NCBI RefSeq assembly: GCF_963921235.1
Contig: NC_086097.1
Coordinates: forward strand, 89,840,001 to 89,904,000
Direction: 5' to 3'
Length of the DNA: 64,000 nt
Source: Mobula hypostoma
Taxonomy: Eukaryota
Numbering within the stretch: the stretch's first letter is position 1; every line of letters starts with the position of its first letter. The position numbers and the translations under genes are program-made. Positions 12,696 to 24,542 of this stretch are shown here, one piece after another. Below the pieces are notes generated by a model. The model saw only the letters and a program-made list of their open reading frames with translations. It did no database searches and had not been told where the DNA came from.

Positions 12696-14158
12696 AACAG
12701 TCAACATTTCAGTCCAAGACCCTTCTTCAGGACTGGAAAAAAAGACAAGAAATCTAAACAAGAAGGTGGGGGAGGGGAGGAAGAAGTACAAGGTGGTAGG
12801 TGATGGGTGAAAGTGGGAGGGTGGGAGTGGTGAAGTAAAGAGCTGGGCAGTTGATTGGTGAAAGAAATAAAGGGCTGGAGATGGGTGAATCTGTAAGGAG
12901 AAGGTAGAAGACCATGGAAGAAAGGAAAAGGGGAGGAGCACCAGTGGGATGTGATGGACAAGTCAGGAGGTAAGCTGAGAGAGGGAAGTTTGAGAAATCA
13001 ATGTTCATGCCATCAGTTTGGAGGCTACCTAGATGGAATATAAGGTGTTGCTCCTCCAGCCTGAGTGTGGCCTCATCACGGTAGTAGAGGAGGCCATGGA
13101 CTAACATGTCAGAATGGGAATGGGAAGTAGAATTTAAATGGGTAGCCACCGGGAGATCCCGCTTTTTCTGGTAGTTGGAGTGTTGGTACTCGGTGAAGTG
13201 GTCTCCCAATCTAAGTCAGGACTCATCAATATACAGGAGGCCACACTGGGAGCTCCGGATATAGTAGATGACCCCAATAGATTCACAGGTGAAGTGTCAC
13301 TTCACCTGGAAGACTATTTGGGGCCCTGAATGGTAGTGAGAGAGGAGGTTTGGGGGCAGGTATGGTACTTGTTCCGCTTGCAAGGATAAGTACCAGGAGG
13401 GAGATCAGTGGGGAGGGACGAATGAACAAGGGAGTCCCATAGGGAGCGATCCCTGTGGAAGCTGAAAGTAGGGTGAGGGAAAGATATGCTTGGTGGTGGG
13501 ATCCCATTGGAGATTGCAGAAGTTATGGAGAATTATGCGCTGAATGCAGAGGCTAACGGTGTGGTAGGTGAGGACAAGAGGAACCCTCTATCCCTTGTGG
13601 GGTGGTGGGAGGATGGGGTGAGGCAGACATGCGCGAAATGGAAGAGATGCGGGTGAGGACAGCATTGATGGTGGAGGAAGGAAAGCCCTTTCTTTGAAGA
13701 AGGAGGACAATTCATTAGTTCTGGAATGAAAAAGCCTCCTCCTGAGAGCAGATGCAACAGAGACAGAGGAATTGAGAGAAAAGGGGTTGGCATTTTTACA
13801 AGTAACAGGGTGAGAAAAGGTATAGTCCAGGTAGCTGTGGGAACCAGTGGGTTTATAAAAGATAGCAGTAGATAAACTGTCTCCAGAGATTAAGACAAAG
13901 AGATCGAGAAAGGGGAGGGTGGTGTCAGAAATGGACCAGCTAAATTTGAGGGCGGGGGGGAAGTTGGGGGCAAAGTTGATAAAACCAACGAGCTCTGCAT
14001 GGGTGTAGGAAGCAGCACTAATACAGTCGTCGGTGTAGCAGAGGAAAATTTGGGGAGTGATACCGGCATATGCTTGGAACGTAGACTGTTCCACGAAGCC
14101 GACAAAGAGGCCGGCATAGCTGGGACCCAAGCAAATGCCTACGGATACACCTTTGGTT
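12696..14158 (-). mobile_element. Degraded Penelope-like element (RT C-terminus, GIY-YIG, tail)
   Basis: ORFs 13588-14130 (MGPSYAGLFVGFVEQ...YTDDC) and 12754-13209 (LEEQHLIFHLGSLQTDGMNIDFSNF) are homologous to 16595-18643. Confidence 0.92.
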
Positions 14159-15904
14159 TGATAATCCCATTAATGTGGTCATACCTTTTTTATTCATCAG
14201 TTCTACCCACAAAGCCTCACTAGATGAGCTCTCTAGTGTGTCCTGACAGAGTACTACTGTGACGTTTTCCCTGACTGGTAATGCCAGCCCTTCCCTCTCT
14301 GTCACGTCTGAAACAATGGAACCCCAGAACACTGAGCTGCCGTTCCTAACCCTCCTGCAACCAAGTCTCATTACTGGCTACAATATCATAATTCCATTTG
14401 CTGATCCATGCCCTAAGCTCATCCGCCTACCTTACAATACCTTTTGTATTGAAATAGACACAGCTCAAAACATTAGTCCCACCATGTTCAACCTTTTCAT
14501 TCCTGACCTTGTATGTAGACTTGACAAAGTCTTTCTCCACAACCTCTCCACTATCTGTTCTGGAACTCCGGTTTCCACACCCCTGCAACTCTAGTATAAA
14601 CCCTGACCACCCCCCCCCCCCATTCAGCACTAGCAAAATTTCCTGCTAGGATGTTAGTTCCCATTCCACCACCCCACTGCCCCCCCCCCCCAGTTCAGGT
14701 GCAAAATGTCCATTCTGTGCAGGTCCCTGGAAGAGAGCCCAATGATTCAAAACTTTGAAGTACTACCCCCGCACCAAATCTTTAGCCATGTGTTAAACTG
14801 TATGATCTTCCTATTTCTGGCTTCACTAGCATGCGGCCCAAGTAGCAATCCTGAGATCACAACCCTGGAGGTTCCGTCCTCTAACTTAGCACCTAACTCC
14901 TTGAACTCACTTTGTAGGACCTTGTTACCCATTCAACCCACACCATTGGTCCTGACGTAGACCGCATTTGGTTGCTCACCCTCCCACCTAAGAATGCTGT
15001 GGATTCGAACCGTGATGTCCCTGACCCTACCAGCCGGGAATCATGTTCTTATCCACAGAACCTCCTTTTAGTTCCCCTAACCAATAAATCCCCTTTCACT
15101 ACAGCTCACCTCAGATCCCTCCTTCCCTTCTGAGTCACAGAGCCAGACTCAGTGCCAGAGGCCTGACTGCTGATGCTTTCCTCTGCCAGGTCATCCCACT
15201 CCAATGGTATCAAGAGTGGCATACCTGCTATTATGGGAAATGGCCACAGGGGTAGTCTGCACTGGCTGTCTATCCCCTTTCCCCCTCCTGACAATCATGT
15301 AGTTACCTGTGTCCAACACCATGGGTGTAACTACCTCCCTGTATATCCTGTCAATCAATCCCTCAGCCTCCCGAATGATTTGGAGCTCATCCAGTTCCCG
15401 CTCCGTCTCCTCAACATGGTCTGGTAAAAGCTGCCTCTGAATGCACTTTTTGCAGGCATAGTCATCAGGGATACTGGAGATCTCCTTGCCTTCCCACATC
15501 CCACAAAGGGAACATTCCAGTATCCTGTCTGGCATCCCCACTGCTCTAAATGTGCAATAAGAAAGAAAGAAGAAATAATCAGAAAACGTTTACCTACGGC
15601 CTATGGCTCTCTTCACTGAAGCCTCAATGAGCCAAAGACTCAACACCCCACTCCAACACTGATCCACTCATGCAATGACCACTCCCAAAATGGCCATTAA
15701 CTTCTTTTGGTTGGCCTTTGCCAAGTGCCTAATTATGCACAATCCAATACCTCCTCAGAAACTCTGGTGTGCAAAATGTATCAACTGCCCACACCTTTTT
15801 TAAAAACGCTCTCTCTCGACATAATCCCATGACTTCTCGGGATTGTGCCATATAAAATGCGCTAACTGCCCCCGTTCACTCCTTAGTAAGCAGCTTCAAG
15901 TTTT

Positions 15905-16080
15905 ATTTTATTTAGAGACACAGCACAGAGTAGACCCTTCTGCCCCTTTGACCCAACAACCCCGATTTAACCCTAACCTACCAGCGGAACAATTTACAAT
16001 GACCAATTAGCCCACCCGATATGGCTTTGGACTGTAGGAGGAAACCGGAGGACCTGGAGAAAACCCACACATTCCACTTT
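15905..16080 (-). mobile_element. HE1/V-SINE-like SINE fragment
   Basis: V-domain-like GGACTGTAGGAGGAAACCGGAG; CR1-like tail. Confidence 0.65.
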
Positions 16081-16195
16081 CTGGACATCAACACCTCAGA
16101 GGCTCTATCCTGGCTCCAGCACTTTGGTGTGATAGTGAAGAAGGCATGTCATTAGGAGTTTGGGGAGATTTGGTACGTCACCGAAGACTCTCGCA

Positions 16196-16608
16196 TACAC
16201 TCAGTGGCTACTTTATTAGGTATACCTATATACCTGCTTGTTAATGCAAATCAGCCAAAGACATGGCAGAAACTCAATGCATAAAAACGTGTGGACGTGG
16301 TTAAAAGGTTCAGTTGTTGTTCAAATTAAACAACAGAATAGGGAAGAAATGTGATCTAAAGTGACTTTGACTGTTGGTGAACGCAGCAGGCCAGGCAGCA
16401 TCTATAGGAAGAGGTACAGTAGAAGATGTACCTCTTCCTATAGATGCTGCCTGGCCTGCTGTGTTCACCAGCAATTTTTGTGTGTGTTGCTTAAATTTCC
16501 AGCATCTGCAGATTTCCTCATGTCTGCGTTTGACTGTTGGTGCCTGAAGGGGTGGTTTGACTATCTCAGAAACTGTTGATCTCCTAGGATTTTCATGCAC
16601 AACAGTGA
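16196..16608 (+). mobile_element. Tc1-like transposon 5' fragment
   Basis: TACACTCAGTGGCTACTTTATTAGG terminus; degenerate HTH region (GKKCDL...SETVDLLGFSCTTV); homologous to 42163-42610. Confidence 0.8.
16380..16528. mobile_element. Short PLE hairpin derivative with 14-bp duplication
   Basis: TTTGACTGTTGGTG at 16366-16379 and 16529-16542; 44-bp inverted arms 16375-16418 and 16427-16470. Confidence 0.88.
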
Positions 16609-16656
16609 ACTTATCTGTGATTGTGGTTTTCTTTATACTAACATCTTGTTTTTCAG

Positions 16657-18643
16657 TCTTCAACCCTCCTCTTCTTCATGGACACCCCGCTCTGGTCTTC
16701 TGCCTGCTCTGGATCTCTTTATTGCTAACTGCCGACGGGACATCAACCGTCTGGACTTCACCGCACCTTGTCCCCATTCCAACCTCACTCCTTCGGAACG
16801 CTCTGCTCTCCACTCCCTCCGCACTAATCCTAACCTTATTATTAAACCCGCCGATAAGGGGGGTGCTGTTGTAGTCTGGCGTACTGACCTCTACCTTGCC
16901 GAGGCACAGCGACAACTCACGGATACCTCCTCTTATTTACCCCTCGATCGTGACCCCACTAAGGAGCACCAGGCCATTGTCTCCCACACCATCACTGACT
17001 TTATCCGCTCAGGGGATCTCCCATCCACTGCTACCAACCTTATAGTTCCCACACCCCACACTTCCCGTTTCTACCTCCTACCCAAGATCCACAAACCTCC
17101 CTGTCCTGGCCGACCTATTGTCTCAGCTTGCTCCTGCCCCACCGAACTCATTTCTGCATACCTCGACACTGTTTTATCACCCCTTGTTCAATCCCTTCCG
17201 ACCTATGTTCGTGACACTTCTCACGCTCTTAAACTTTTCGATGATTTTAAGTTCCCTGGCCCCCACCGCTTTATTTTCACCGTGGATGTCCAGTCCTTAT
17301 ATACTTCCATCCCCCATCAGGAAGGTCTCAAAGCTCTACGCTTCTTTTTGGATTCCAGACCTAATCAGTTCCCCTCTACCACCACTCTGCTCCGTCTAGC
17401 GGAATTAGTCCTTACTCTTAATAATTTCTCCTTTGGCTCCTCCCACTTCCTCCAAACTAAAGGTGTAGCTATGGGCACCCGTATGAGTCCTAGCTATGCC
17501 TGCCTTTTTGTTGGATTTGTGGAACAATCTATGTTCCGTGCCTATTCTGGTATCTGTCCCCCACTTTTCCTTCGCTACATCGACGACTGCATTGGCGCTG
17601 CTTCCTGCACGCATGCAGAACTCGTTGACTTTATTAACTTTGCCTCCAACTTTCACCCTGCCCTCAAGTTTACCTGGTCCATTTCCGACACCTACCTCCC
17701 CTTTCTAGATCTTTCTGTCTCTGTCTCTGGAGACAGCTTATCCACTGATGTCTACTATAAGCCTACTGACTCTCACAGCTACCTGGACTATTCCTCTTCT
17801 CACCCTGTCTCTTGCAAAAACACCATCTCCTTCTCGCAATTCCTCCGTCTCCGCCGCATCTGCTCTCAGGATGAGGCTTTTCATTCTAGGACGAGGGAGA
17901 TGTCTTCCTTTTTTAAAGAAAGGGGCTTCCCTTCCTCCACTATCAACTCTGCTCTTAAACGCATCTCCCCCATTTCACGTACATCTGCTCTCACTCCATC
18001 CTCCCACCACCCCACTAGGAATAGGGTTCCCCTGGTCCTCACCTACCACCCCACCAGCCTCCGGGTCCAGCATATTATTCTTCGTAACTTCCGCCACCTC
18101 CAACGGGATCCCACCACTAAGCACATCTTTCCCTCCCCGCCTCTCTCTGCATTCCGCAGGGATCGCTCCCTACACAACTCCCTTGTCCATTCGTCCCCCC
18201 CATCCCTCCCCACTGATCTCCCTCCTGGCACTTATCCATGTAAGCGGAACAAGTGCTACACATGCCCTTACACTTCCTCCCTTACCACCATTCAGGGCCC
18301 CAAACAGTCTTTCCAGGTGAGGCATCACTTCACCTGTGAGTCGACTGGGGTGATATACTGCGTCCGATGCTCCCGATGTGGCCTTTTATATATTGTCGAG
18401 ACCCGACGCAGACTGGGAGATCGTTTTGCTGAACATCCACGCTCTGTCCGCCAGAGAAAGCAGGATCTCCCAGTGGCCACACACTTTAATTCCACATCCC
18501 ATTCCCATTCTGACATGTCTATCCATGGCCTCCTCCACTGTAAAGATGAAGCCACACTCAGGTTGGAGGAACAACACCTTATATTCCGTCTGGGTAGCCT
18601 CCAACCTGATGGCATGAACATCGACTTCTCTAACTTCCGCTAA
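16657..18643 (+). CDS. PLE polyprotein, 5'-truncated: reverse transcriptase, Cys linker, GIY-YIG endonuclease
   Basis: DKGGAVVVW, LLPKIHK, PGRPIVS, DVQSLYTSIP, GVAMG, RYIDD, FLD, CKRNKCYTC, GVIYCVRCSRCGLLYIVET (YIG changed to YIV); the ATG at 16595 lies outside the TSD. Confidence 0.92.
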
Positions 18644-18937
18644 GGCCCCACCTCCCCCTCGTACCCCATCCGTTACTCATTTTTATGCACACATTCTTTC
18701 TCTCACTCTCCTTTTTCTCCCTCTGTCCCTCTGAATATACCTCTTGCCCATCCTCTGGGTCCCCCCCCCCCCGTCTTTCTTCCCGGACCTCCTGTCCCAT
18801 GATCCTCTCGTATCCCCTTTTGCCTATCACCTGTCCAGCTCTTGGCTCTATCCCTCCCCCTCCTGTCTTCTCCTATCATTTTGGATCTCCCCTTCCCCCT
18901 CCAACTTTCAAATTCCTTACTCACTCTTCCTTCAGTT

Positions 18938-18973
18938 AGTCCTGACGAAGGGTCTCGGCCTGAAACGTCGACT
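18938..18973 (+). ncRNA. Minimal type I hammerhead ribozyme in the PLE tail
   Basis: AGUC-CUGACGA-A-GGGU(CUCG)GCCU-GAAAC-GUC^-GACU: stem I AGUC/GACU, intact core, palindromic ACGU stem III. Confidence 0.85.
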
Positions 18974-19149
18974 GCACCTCTTCCTACAGATGCTGCTTGG
19001 CCTGCTGCGTTCACCAGCAACTTTGATGTATGTTGCTTGAATTTCCAGCATCTGCAGCATTCCTGTTGTTCTTGTTTTTCAGGTTTTTTTTCCTTCACTT
19101 CAAATAATTTATGTCCATTTTATGATCTGTGTGTTACCTGAATCTCTGT

Positions 19150-19455
19150 GCTGCAAGTTCTCCATTCCACCTGGAACTCAGTCTGCACGTGACACCAGAC
19201 TCGGTTTGACTCTCCCTGTAACTGCATGGGCTTCCTCTGGGTGATCTGGTTTCCCCACCGCATCCCAAAGGTGTGCGGACCAGAAGGTAAATGGACTCTG
19301 CCAGTTGCCGCCTCCGTGTAGGCTCTAGAGGGGTAGACAGGAATGTGGAGAGAGCAGATATATGATCAGCAAAAATGGGCACTTGACGGCTGGCAGGGAA
19401 CCGAGAGACCTGTTTGTGTACTGTGACTAGATGGGCCGATTGGTCTGTCTCTGAG
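19150..19455 (+). mobile_element. HE1/V-SINE-like SINE (degraded)
   Basis: CTCCCTGTAACTGCATGGGCTTCCTCTGGGTG...GGTTTCCCC core; CR1-like tail ATGGGCCGATTGGTCTGT. Confidence 0.65.
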
Positions 19456-20063
19456 TCACTGTTACCTCCTAGTGCCCTCAACCCCCAACAGAAAGGGCTT
19501 GAGAGCACGAGGGGCCAGTGGAATATCTGGTGAGTGCAGAACCACACCAGGAGGCCCTCCACAGTTGCGAAAGCATTAAATAAGGAAGAGTTAACTGCGC
19601 ACATCAACAACACTAAGAAGGCAGGGAGTGAGGGTGCAGTGTGGAACAGAATAAGGAGAGTAACACTGTCTAAAACGAAAACAAATAACTACCCAGAGAG
19701 GGAAAAAAAAGCTGAAGGCCTCCACAAAGGAGAGATCTTAAACAAAGAGGTTTATATTTCTGGATTCTGCTGACTGCACAGAACAGAGAGCACCAATGCC
19801 TCACCTCCCCCAACCTACTGGAATAACTACCAACCGTAACATCGATGACTCAAGAAAGCAGTGAGGGACGCTCTCAGACTTGGCATCAGAGAAGGCTGAT
19901 TAAAGTTAACATTAGAATCCCTGGGGGAGAGCCCCCTTTAAATATTGTAGTAATTATCTGTTCAATTCTCTTTATGTCTCTTGCTCTCCCTTTCTGAGTC
20001 CCCCTCCTCATGACATGTACACAACAAGACAGACAGGGCGCAACTGCATTACCCAGAGAGCCG

Positions 20064-20102
20064 TGCCTGAGTCAGCACTTCTCCCAGGGCTGGATAAAAA
20101 TA
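20064..20102 (+). promoter_or_regulatory. Candidate promoter: MARE/ARE/AP-1 site followed by a TATA-like box
   Basis: TGCCTGAGTCAGCA at 20064-20077 and GATAAAAATA at 20093-20102 in apparently non-repetitive, mildly CpG-containing sequence. Confidence 0.3.
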
Positions 20103-20529
20103 GTCGACCTGCCGCCCTTTCTCTTGCCTCTCGCTTCGTGATTAATTCTGCAGCTCAAGCCAAACAAAGCCAGCAGACAACACTGAACATAAATCTCCCT
20201 TGTACGGATGTCTGTCGGATCCCTGATGTGTGCCTGCAGTCCCTCACTGAAACCGAGCACTGGCTTTTGTTTTGTGAGAGTACGGACGATTAGCCAACTT
20301 GGAGCAAAACTGGATTTTGCAAGCTCGCAGCCTCCTCCCCCTCTTTGTGGCTGAGTGATTAAATCAACAACCTGGATTTATATTGTGCCCTTAGCACAGT
20401 TAAATGTTTCAATGGACCGCAGGAGAGTTTATCAAACAAAATTTGACACCCCAAGTCACAAAAGGGGTTGCTTTGGACAGATGAACAAAACCATTTCAAA
20501 GATGTTGGCTTTAAGAAGCATTTCAGAGA

Positions 20530-21190
20530 AGGGAGAGAGGCCAGAGTTTGTAGTAAATTGGTAAATTAGTTTATTGTTATCACGTGTAGTAAGGTACAGT
20601 GATAATCTTTGTTTTGCGTGCCATTCATACAGATCATTTCACCCCATCAGTACATTGAGACAATCCAAGGGAAAACAATAATAGACTGTCTCCAGACTAA
20701 CTGCTATCCAGCCACCAGTCCGAAACCTCATCCATAACATCAACCAGCTACTGAACACTTGTAATTCCCTCCACAGTCCCCTCTGATTTGCCAGTCTCCT
20801 CCCCTCCTGTGGAATCGTTCCAATAGATTTGATGATGGCGGTGTGCAAAGAGACCTGGCAATTGTCATTTATTAGTGTGATGTGCCGTGGGATGTGTTGG
20901 TTTATTGCCACCTGCACTGAAATACAATGAAAAGCACGTCACCCAGACAGAGCAATCCTTGCATAAGTACATTGGGGTAAGTAAGAAGCTAGCAGAATGC
21001 AGAATATAGTGTTGCAATTACAGAGAAGGTGCAGTGCAGGTGGACAAATGACGTGCAAAGACCATGGTAAGGCAGACTGGGAGATCAAGAGTTCACATTT
21101 TAGTGTATGAGAAGTCCATTCAAGAGCCTGATAACAGAGGGATAGAAAGTGTTCTTGACTCTCACCAGCATTCAAATGCTTTTCAAAACA
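20530..21190 (-). mobile_element. Rex1-like LINE 3' tail fragments
   Basis: TTTATT...CAC...TACAGTGA tails; CCATTCAAGAGCCTGATAACAG as at 36895. Confidence 0.55.
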
Positions 21191-22690
21191 GTGCAAGCTG
21201 GCTCTGGATTGTTTACTGACTGCCCTTCAGTCGTGTCAAAGATCTTTTGTTCACCATCTTAAAAACTTTCGAAAGGGGAAAATACAGGAAGGCTAACCGA
21301 AAACACTACATCATCATACAAAAACACAAAACGGTAGGATCAGGAGTCGGCCACTTCAGTCCCTCAAGCCTTCCCTGTCTTTGAAAATGATCATGGCCCA
21401 TCTACCCCATGTCTCATTTCTCTTTCTGTGACTGTTACCACAACCCTCAACCCCCAGCCCTTCCAAAATGTACTGTATAAATGTGCTCTCTGAGTACCCT
21501 TGATGATCTGGCCTCCACAATTCTCTGTGGCAGATGCACCATCCTCCTCTGAGAATAAACTCGTATGCACTTCAATTTTAAATGACGTCTTCCACCCGCC
21601 CCATCACTAAAAGAACAAAACACCACTTTACAACTGAGGCCATAATATATTTTAGATTATGATTTCTTGGACTTCATGCTGCAAATATCTCGTGGCATTT
21701 CTCAGAAAAGAAATAGGAGAGGACAGAGTTTAGAAGACTCGAGGGAAATACTGTAACCCTGGTTGAATTGGCTGAGGTAAATTGTTATGAGAAATAAGCC
21801 ATAACTCAATCAGCAACACTCTTGTCTCCACATTTGAGGCCCGTGTTCAACTCTATTGAAATTAGCCCCAAAACCACGTTGACAGCATATTAAAGTACTA
21901 AACCAGAGGTTTCTGGATAAGACCTTAAAACTGAGGTTGTGTGTACCTGTACAGGTAGACATTAAAATCCCATTGTTGTTATTTCAATAAGAAGCAGGGT
22001 AGTTGTCCATGGTCAAAACATTGTAGATACTGGGAGAATGAAATTCTGGAAACATTCAGCAGGTCAGGCAGCATCTAAGGAAAGAGAAACACAGTTAATG
22101 TTCAGGTCAAAGACCCATCGTCAGCAATGGGAAGGAGAGAAAATAAGTTCTCCATCGTGTTCTGGTAAATTGTTATTCCTTAACTTTAGTCCTAAAACAG
22201 ATCGTCTGATCATTTAGTTGGGTGGGTTAGTAAGTTCATAGATATACAAACTTGGTGGTGCAGTGGATTGTGTAGAAGGTTGCTAAAGGACACTGCAGGA
22301 TGCACTTTAGATCGGTTGCAGGTATGGATGGAGAATGGCAGATAGAGCTTAATCTGGCCAAATGCGAGGTATTGCACTTAGGAAGATCAAACAAAAGAGA
22401 CGGTACAGTGATAATGGCAGGACCTTGAACAGTGGCCTACATCCCTCTATGGCCTACATCCATAGCTCCCTGAAAATGGCTCCACAGGTTATTACACTAC
22501 TAAGGAAACTATCTAGTACACTTGCCTTCATTGGTCAAGGCAATGAGTTCAAGAGTCGATAAGTTATACTGTAGCTTTATAAAACTTTAATTTGGGGTAT
22601 TGCGTTCATTTCTGGTCGTCCCATCATAGGAAGGTAATGGAAGCTATGGAGAGGGTGCAGAAGCTGTTCACCAGGATGCTGTCTGGATTA

Positions 22691-23716
22691 ACACAACAAA
22701 AAGTTGGAGGAACTCAGCAGGTCAGGCAGCACACTTGGAAATGGATACGTGGTCGTTGTTTCAGGTCAAGACCCTTCTTCAGGACTGGGAAGGAAGGGGA
22801 AGATGCCAGAATGAAAAGGTGGGGTGAGGGGGAGGAAGCTAACTAACTGGAAGGTGATAGGTGACGACAGGTGGGTGGGAAAAGTCGAGGGCTGGAGAAA
22901 AAGGAATCAGAATCAGGTTTAATATCATCGGCATACCGTATGTCGTGAAATTTGTTAATTTAGCGACAGCAGTACAATGCAATACATGATATAAAATACA
23001 GAAAAAATGAATTACAGTAAGTATACATGTGTTAAATTAAGAGTAGCAGTGCAAAAACAGAAATAATAAAAAAGTGAGGTAGTATTCATAGGTTCAATGT
23101 CCACTTAGAAATTGGATGGCAGAAGGGGAAAAGCTGTTCCTGAATCATTGAGTGTGTGCCTTCAGGCTACTGTACCTCCTTCCTTCCTGATCTCAAGGGA
23201 GAGGAGAGTGGACCAAAGGAGAAAGGGAAGGAGGAGGGCACCCAGGGGAAGTAATAGGTAGGTGAGAGGTGGGGTAAAAGGTCAGAGTAGGAAATAGAGG
23301 AGGGGGCAGAAATTAGTTTTGCAGATGGAGAAATCAATATTCGTGTCATTAGGTTGGAGGTTACACAAAGTAAAGGCGTCCGTTAGTCTTGCGAGACCAT
23401 GGCCTGGGCAAGGTTGTATGGAAGACCAGCAGTTGCCCATGCTGCAAGTCTCCCCTCTCCATGACACCAATGTTGTCCAAGGGAAGGGCATTAGGACCCA
23501 TACAGCTTGGCACCAGTGTCGTCACAGAGCAATGTGTGACTAAGTGCCTTGCTCAAGGACACAACACGTTCCCACGACCTTCAGATCGCTAGTTCAATGC
23601 CTTAACCACTTGGCCACGTACCCAGACACTTGCCCAGGAGGTTACACAAACAGAATATAAAGTGTTGCTCCTTCACCCAGATGGTGGCCTCATCTTGGCA
23701 TAAGAGTAGGCCATGG
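22691..23716 (-). mobile_element. PLE 3' fragment, interrupted by a Rex1 tail (22905-23190) and a SINE
   Basis: Matches the reverse complement of 18520-19030; encodes QDEATIWVKEQHFIF and QPNDTNIDFS. Confidence 0.85.
23370..23636 (-). mobile_element. tRNA-derived SINE with RTE-like tail
   Basis: 14-bp TSD GGAGGTTACACAAA at 23356-23369 and 23637-23650; A box TGGCCAAGTGG; tail shares ACACTGGTGCCAAGCTGTAT with 24960. Confidence 0.85.
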
Positions 23717-24542
23717 ATTACAGGGCACGTTCTACCAGAAGAGGTTGGACAAACTTGCATTGATTTCTTTGGAGAGGGGGAGGCTGAGGAGAGATCTGAT
23801 AGAGGTGTAAGAGAATGAGAAGAATAGATGGAAAAGATAGTTGGTATCTTTATTCCAGGGTCAAAACTAGAGGGCATGCATTTAAAGTGAAAGTGGGTGA
23901 GTTCAAAGGAGACGTGCGAGGGAAGTTTTTTTATGCGGAGAGTGTTGGTTGCCTGGTTCGCGCTGTCAGGATTGGTGGTGGAGGCAGCACGGCAGTCTAG
24001 GGGTCAGTGTAACACTTTACAGCAACGGCGATTGGGGTTCGATTTCCACTGCTGGGGTTTATATCTTCTCCCTGTTTTCTCAGGTTGCTCCCGTTTCCTC
24101 CCACATACCTTCCAAAGGCATACGGGAGTAAACTGTGAGCTTGCTATTTTGGCACCGGACACATGGCAACACTTGCAGGCCGCCCCCAGCACATCCTCGA
24201 ACTGTGTTGATTGTTGACACAAACAACACATTTTTCTGTCTGTTTCAATGTTTCAACATACATGTGACAAATAAGGCTAATTTTCAAAATGTAATCTTTT
24301 ATGATACAGGTTTTCAACAGGCTCTTATATAGGTAAAAGACCCTGCAGAGAATGGAGGGATCTGGGCGTTGTATCAGTGGAAGGGATAGGTTTAGTTTGG
24401 TATTTCAGTACTAGTTTATTTAGTTTGGTGTAACATCGTAGGCTGAATGGTCTGTTCCTGAGCTATACAGTTCTTTGTTCCATTATTATGAACAGTGGCA
24501 GGTTATTGTGTATCCCTGTCAATGTAATAATCACTGGGAACT

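Larger units (their letters stand above)
10921..15880 (-). mobile_element. Decayed near full-length CR1 LINE (ORF1 plus ORF2) with PLE insertions
   Basis: ORF1 CxxC...CxxC/coiled coil (15191-15541) and SGNH-esterase-like piece (14747-14932); ORF2 pieces VDFSKAFDKVP, GVPQGSILDP, NYRPVSL; 3' tail near 10921. Confidence 0.9.
16657..19069 (+). mobile_element. Young 5'-truncated Penelope-like retroelement (Neptune-like)
   Basis: 13-bp duplication TCTTGTTTTTCAG at 16644-16656 and 19070-19082; uninterrupted ORF; pyrimidine-rich 3' tail. Confidence 0.93.
22240..24480 (+). mobile_element. Degraded CR1 3' half hosting nested PLE, Rex1 tail and SINEs
   Basis: YCVHFWSSHHRK...ERVQKLFTRML (22592-22690), resuming at 23720 (TRGHAFKV) and about 24305. 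Confidence 0.8.

Noticed and set aside
16595..16656. ATG start of the 682-aa ORF
   Set aside because: It lies in flanking sequence outside the 13-bp duplication, so it is a chance in-frame extension of a truncated element
17748..18320. 190-aa overlapping ORF and other PLE alternate or antisense ORFs
   Set aside because: Shadow frames of C-rich PLE sequence with no recognisable motifs
23075..23084. let-7-like TGAGGTAGTA (also 3818-3826)
   Set aside because: Part of a recurring LINE tail; no full mature sequence or hairpin
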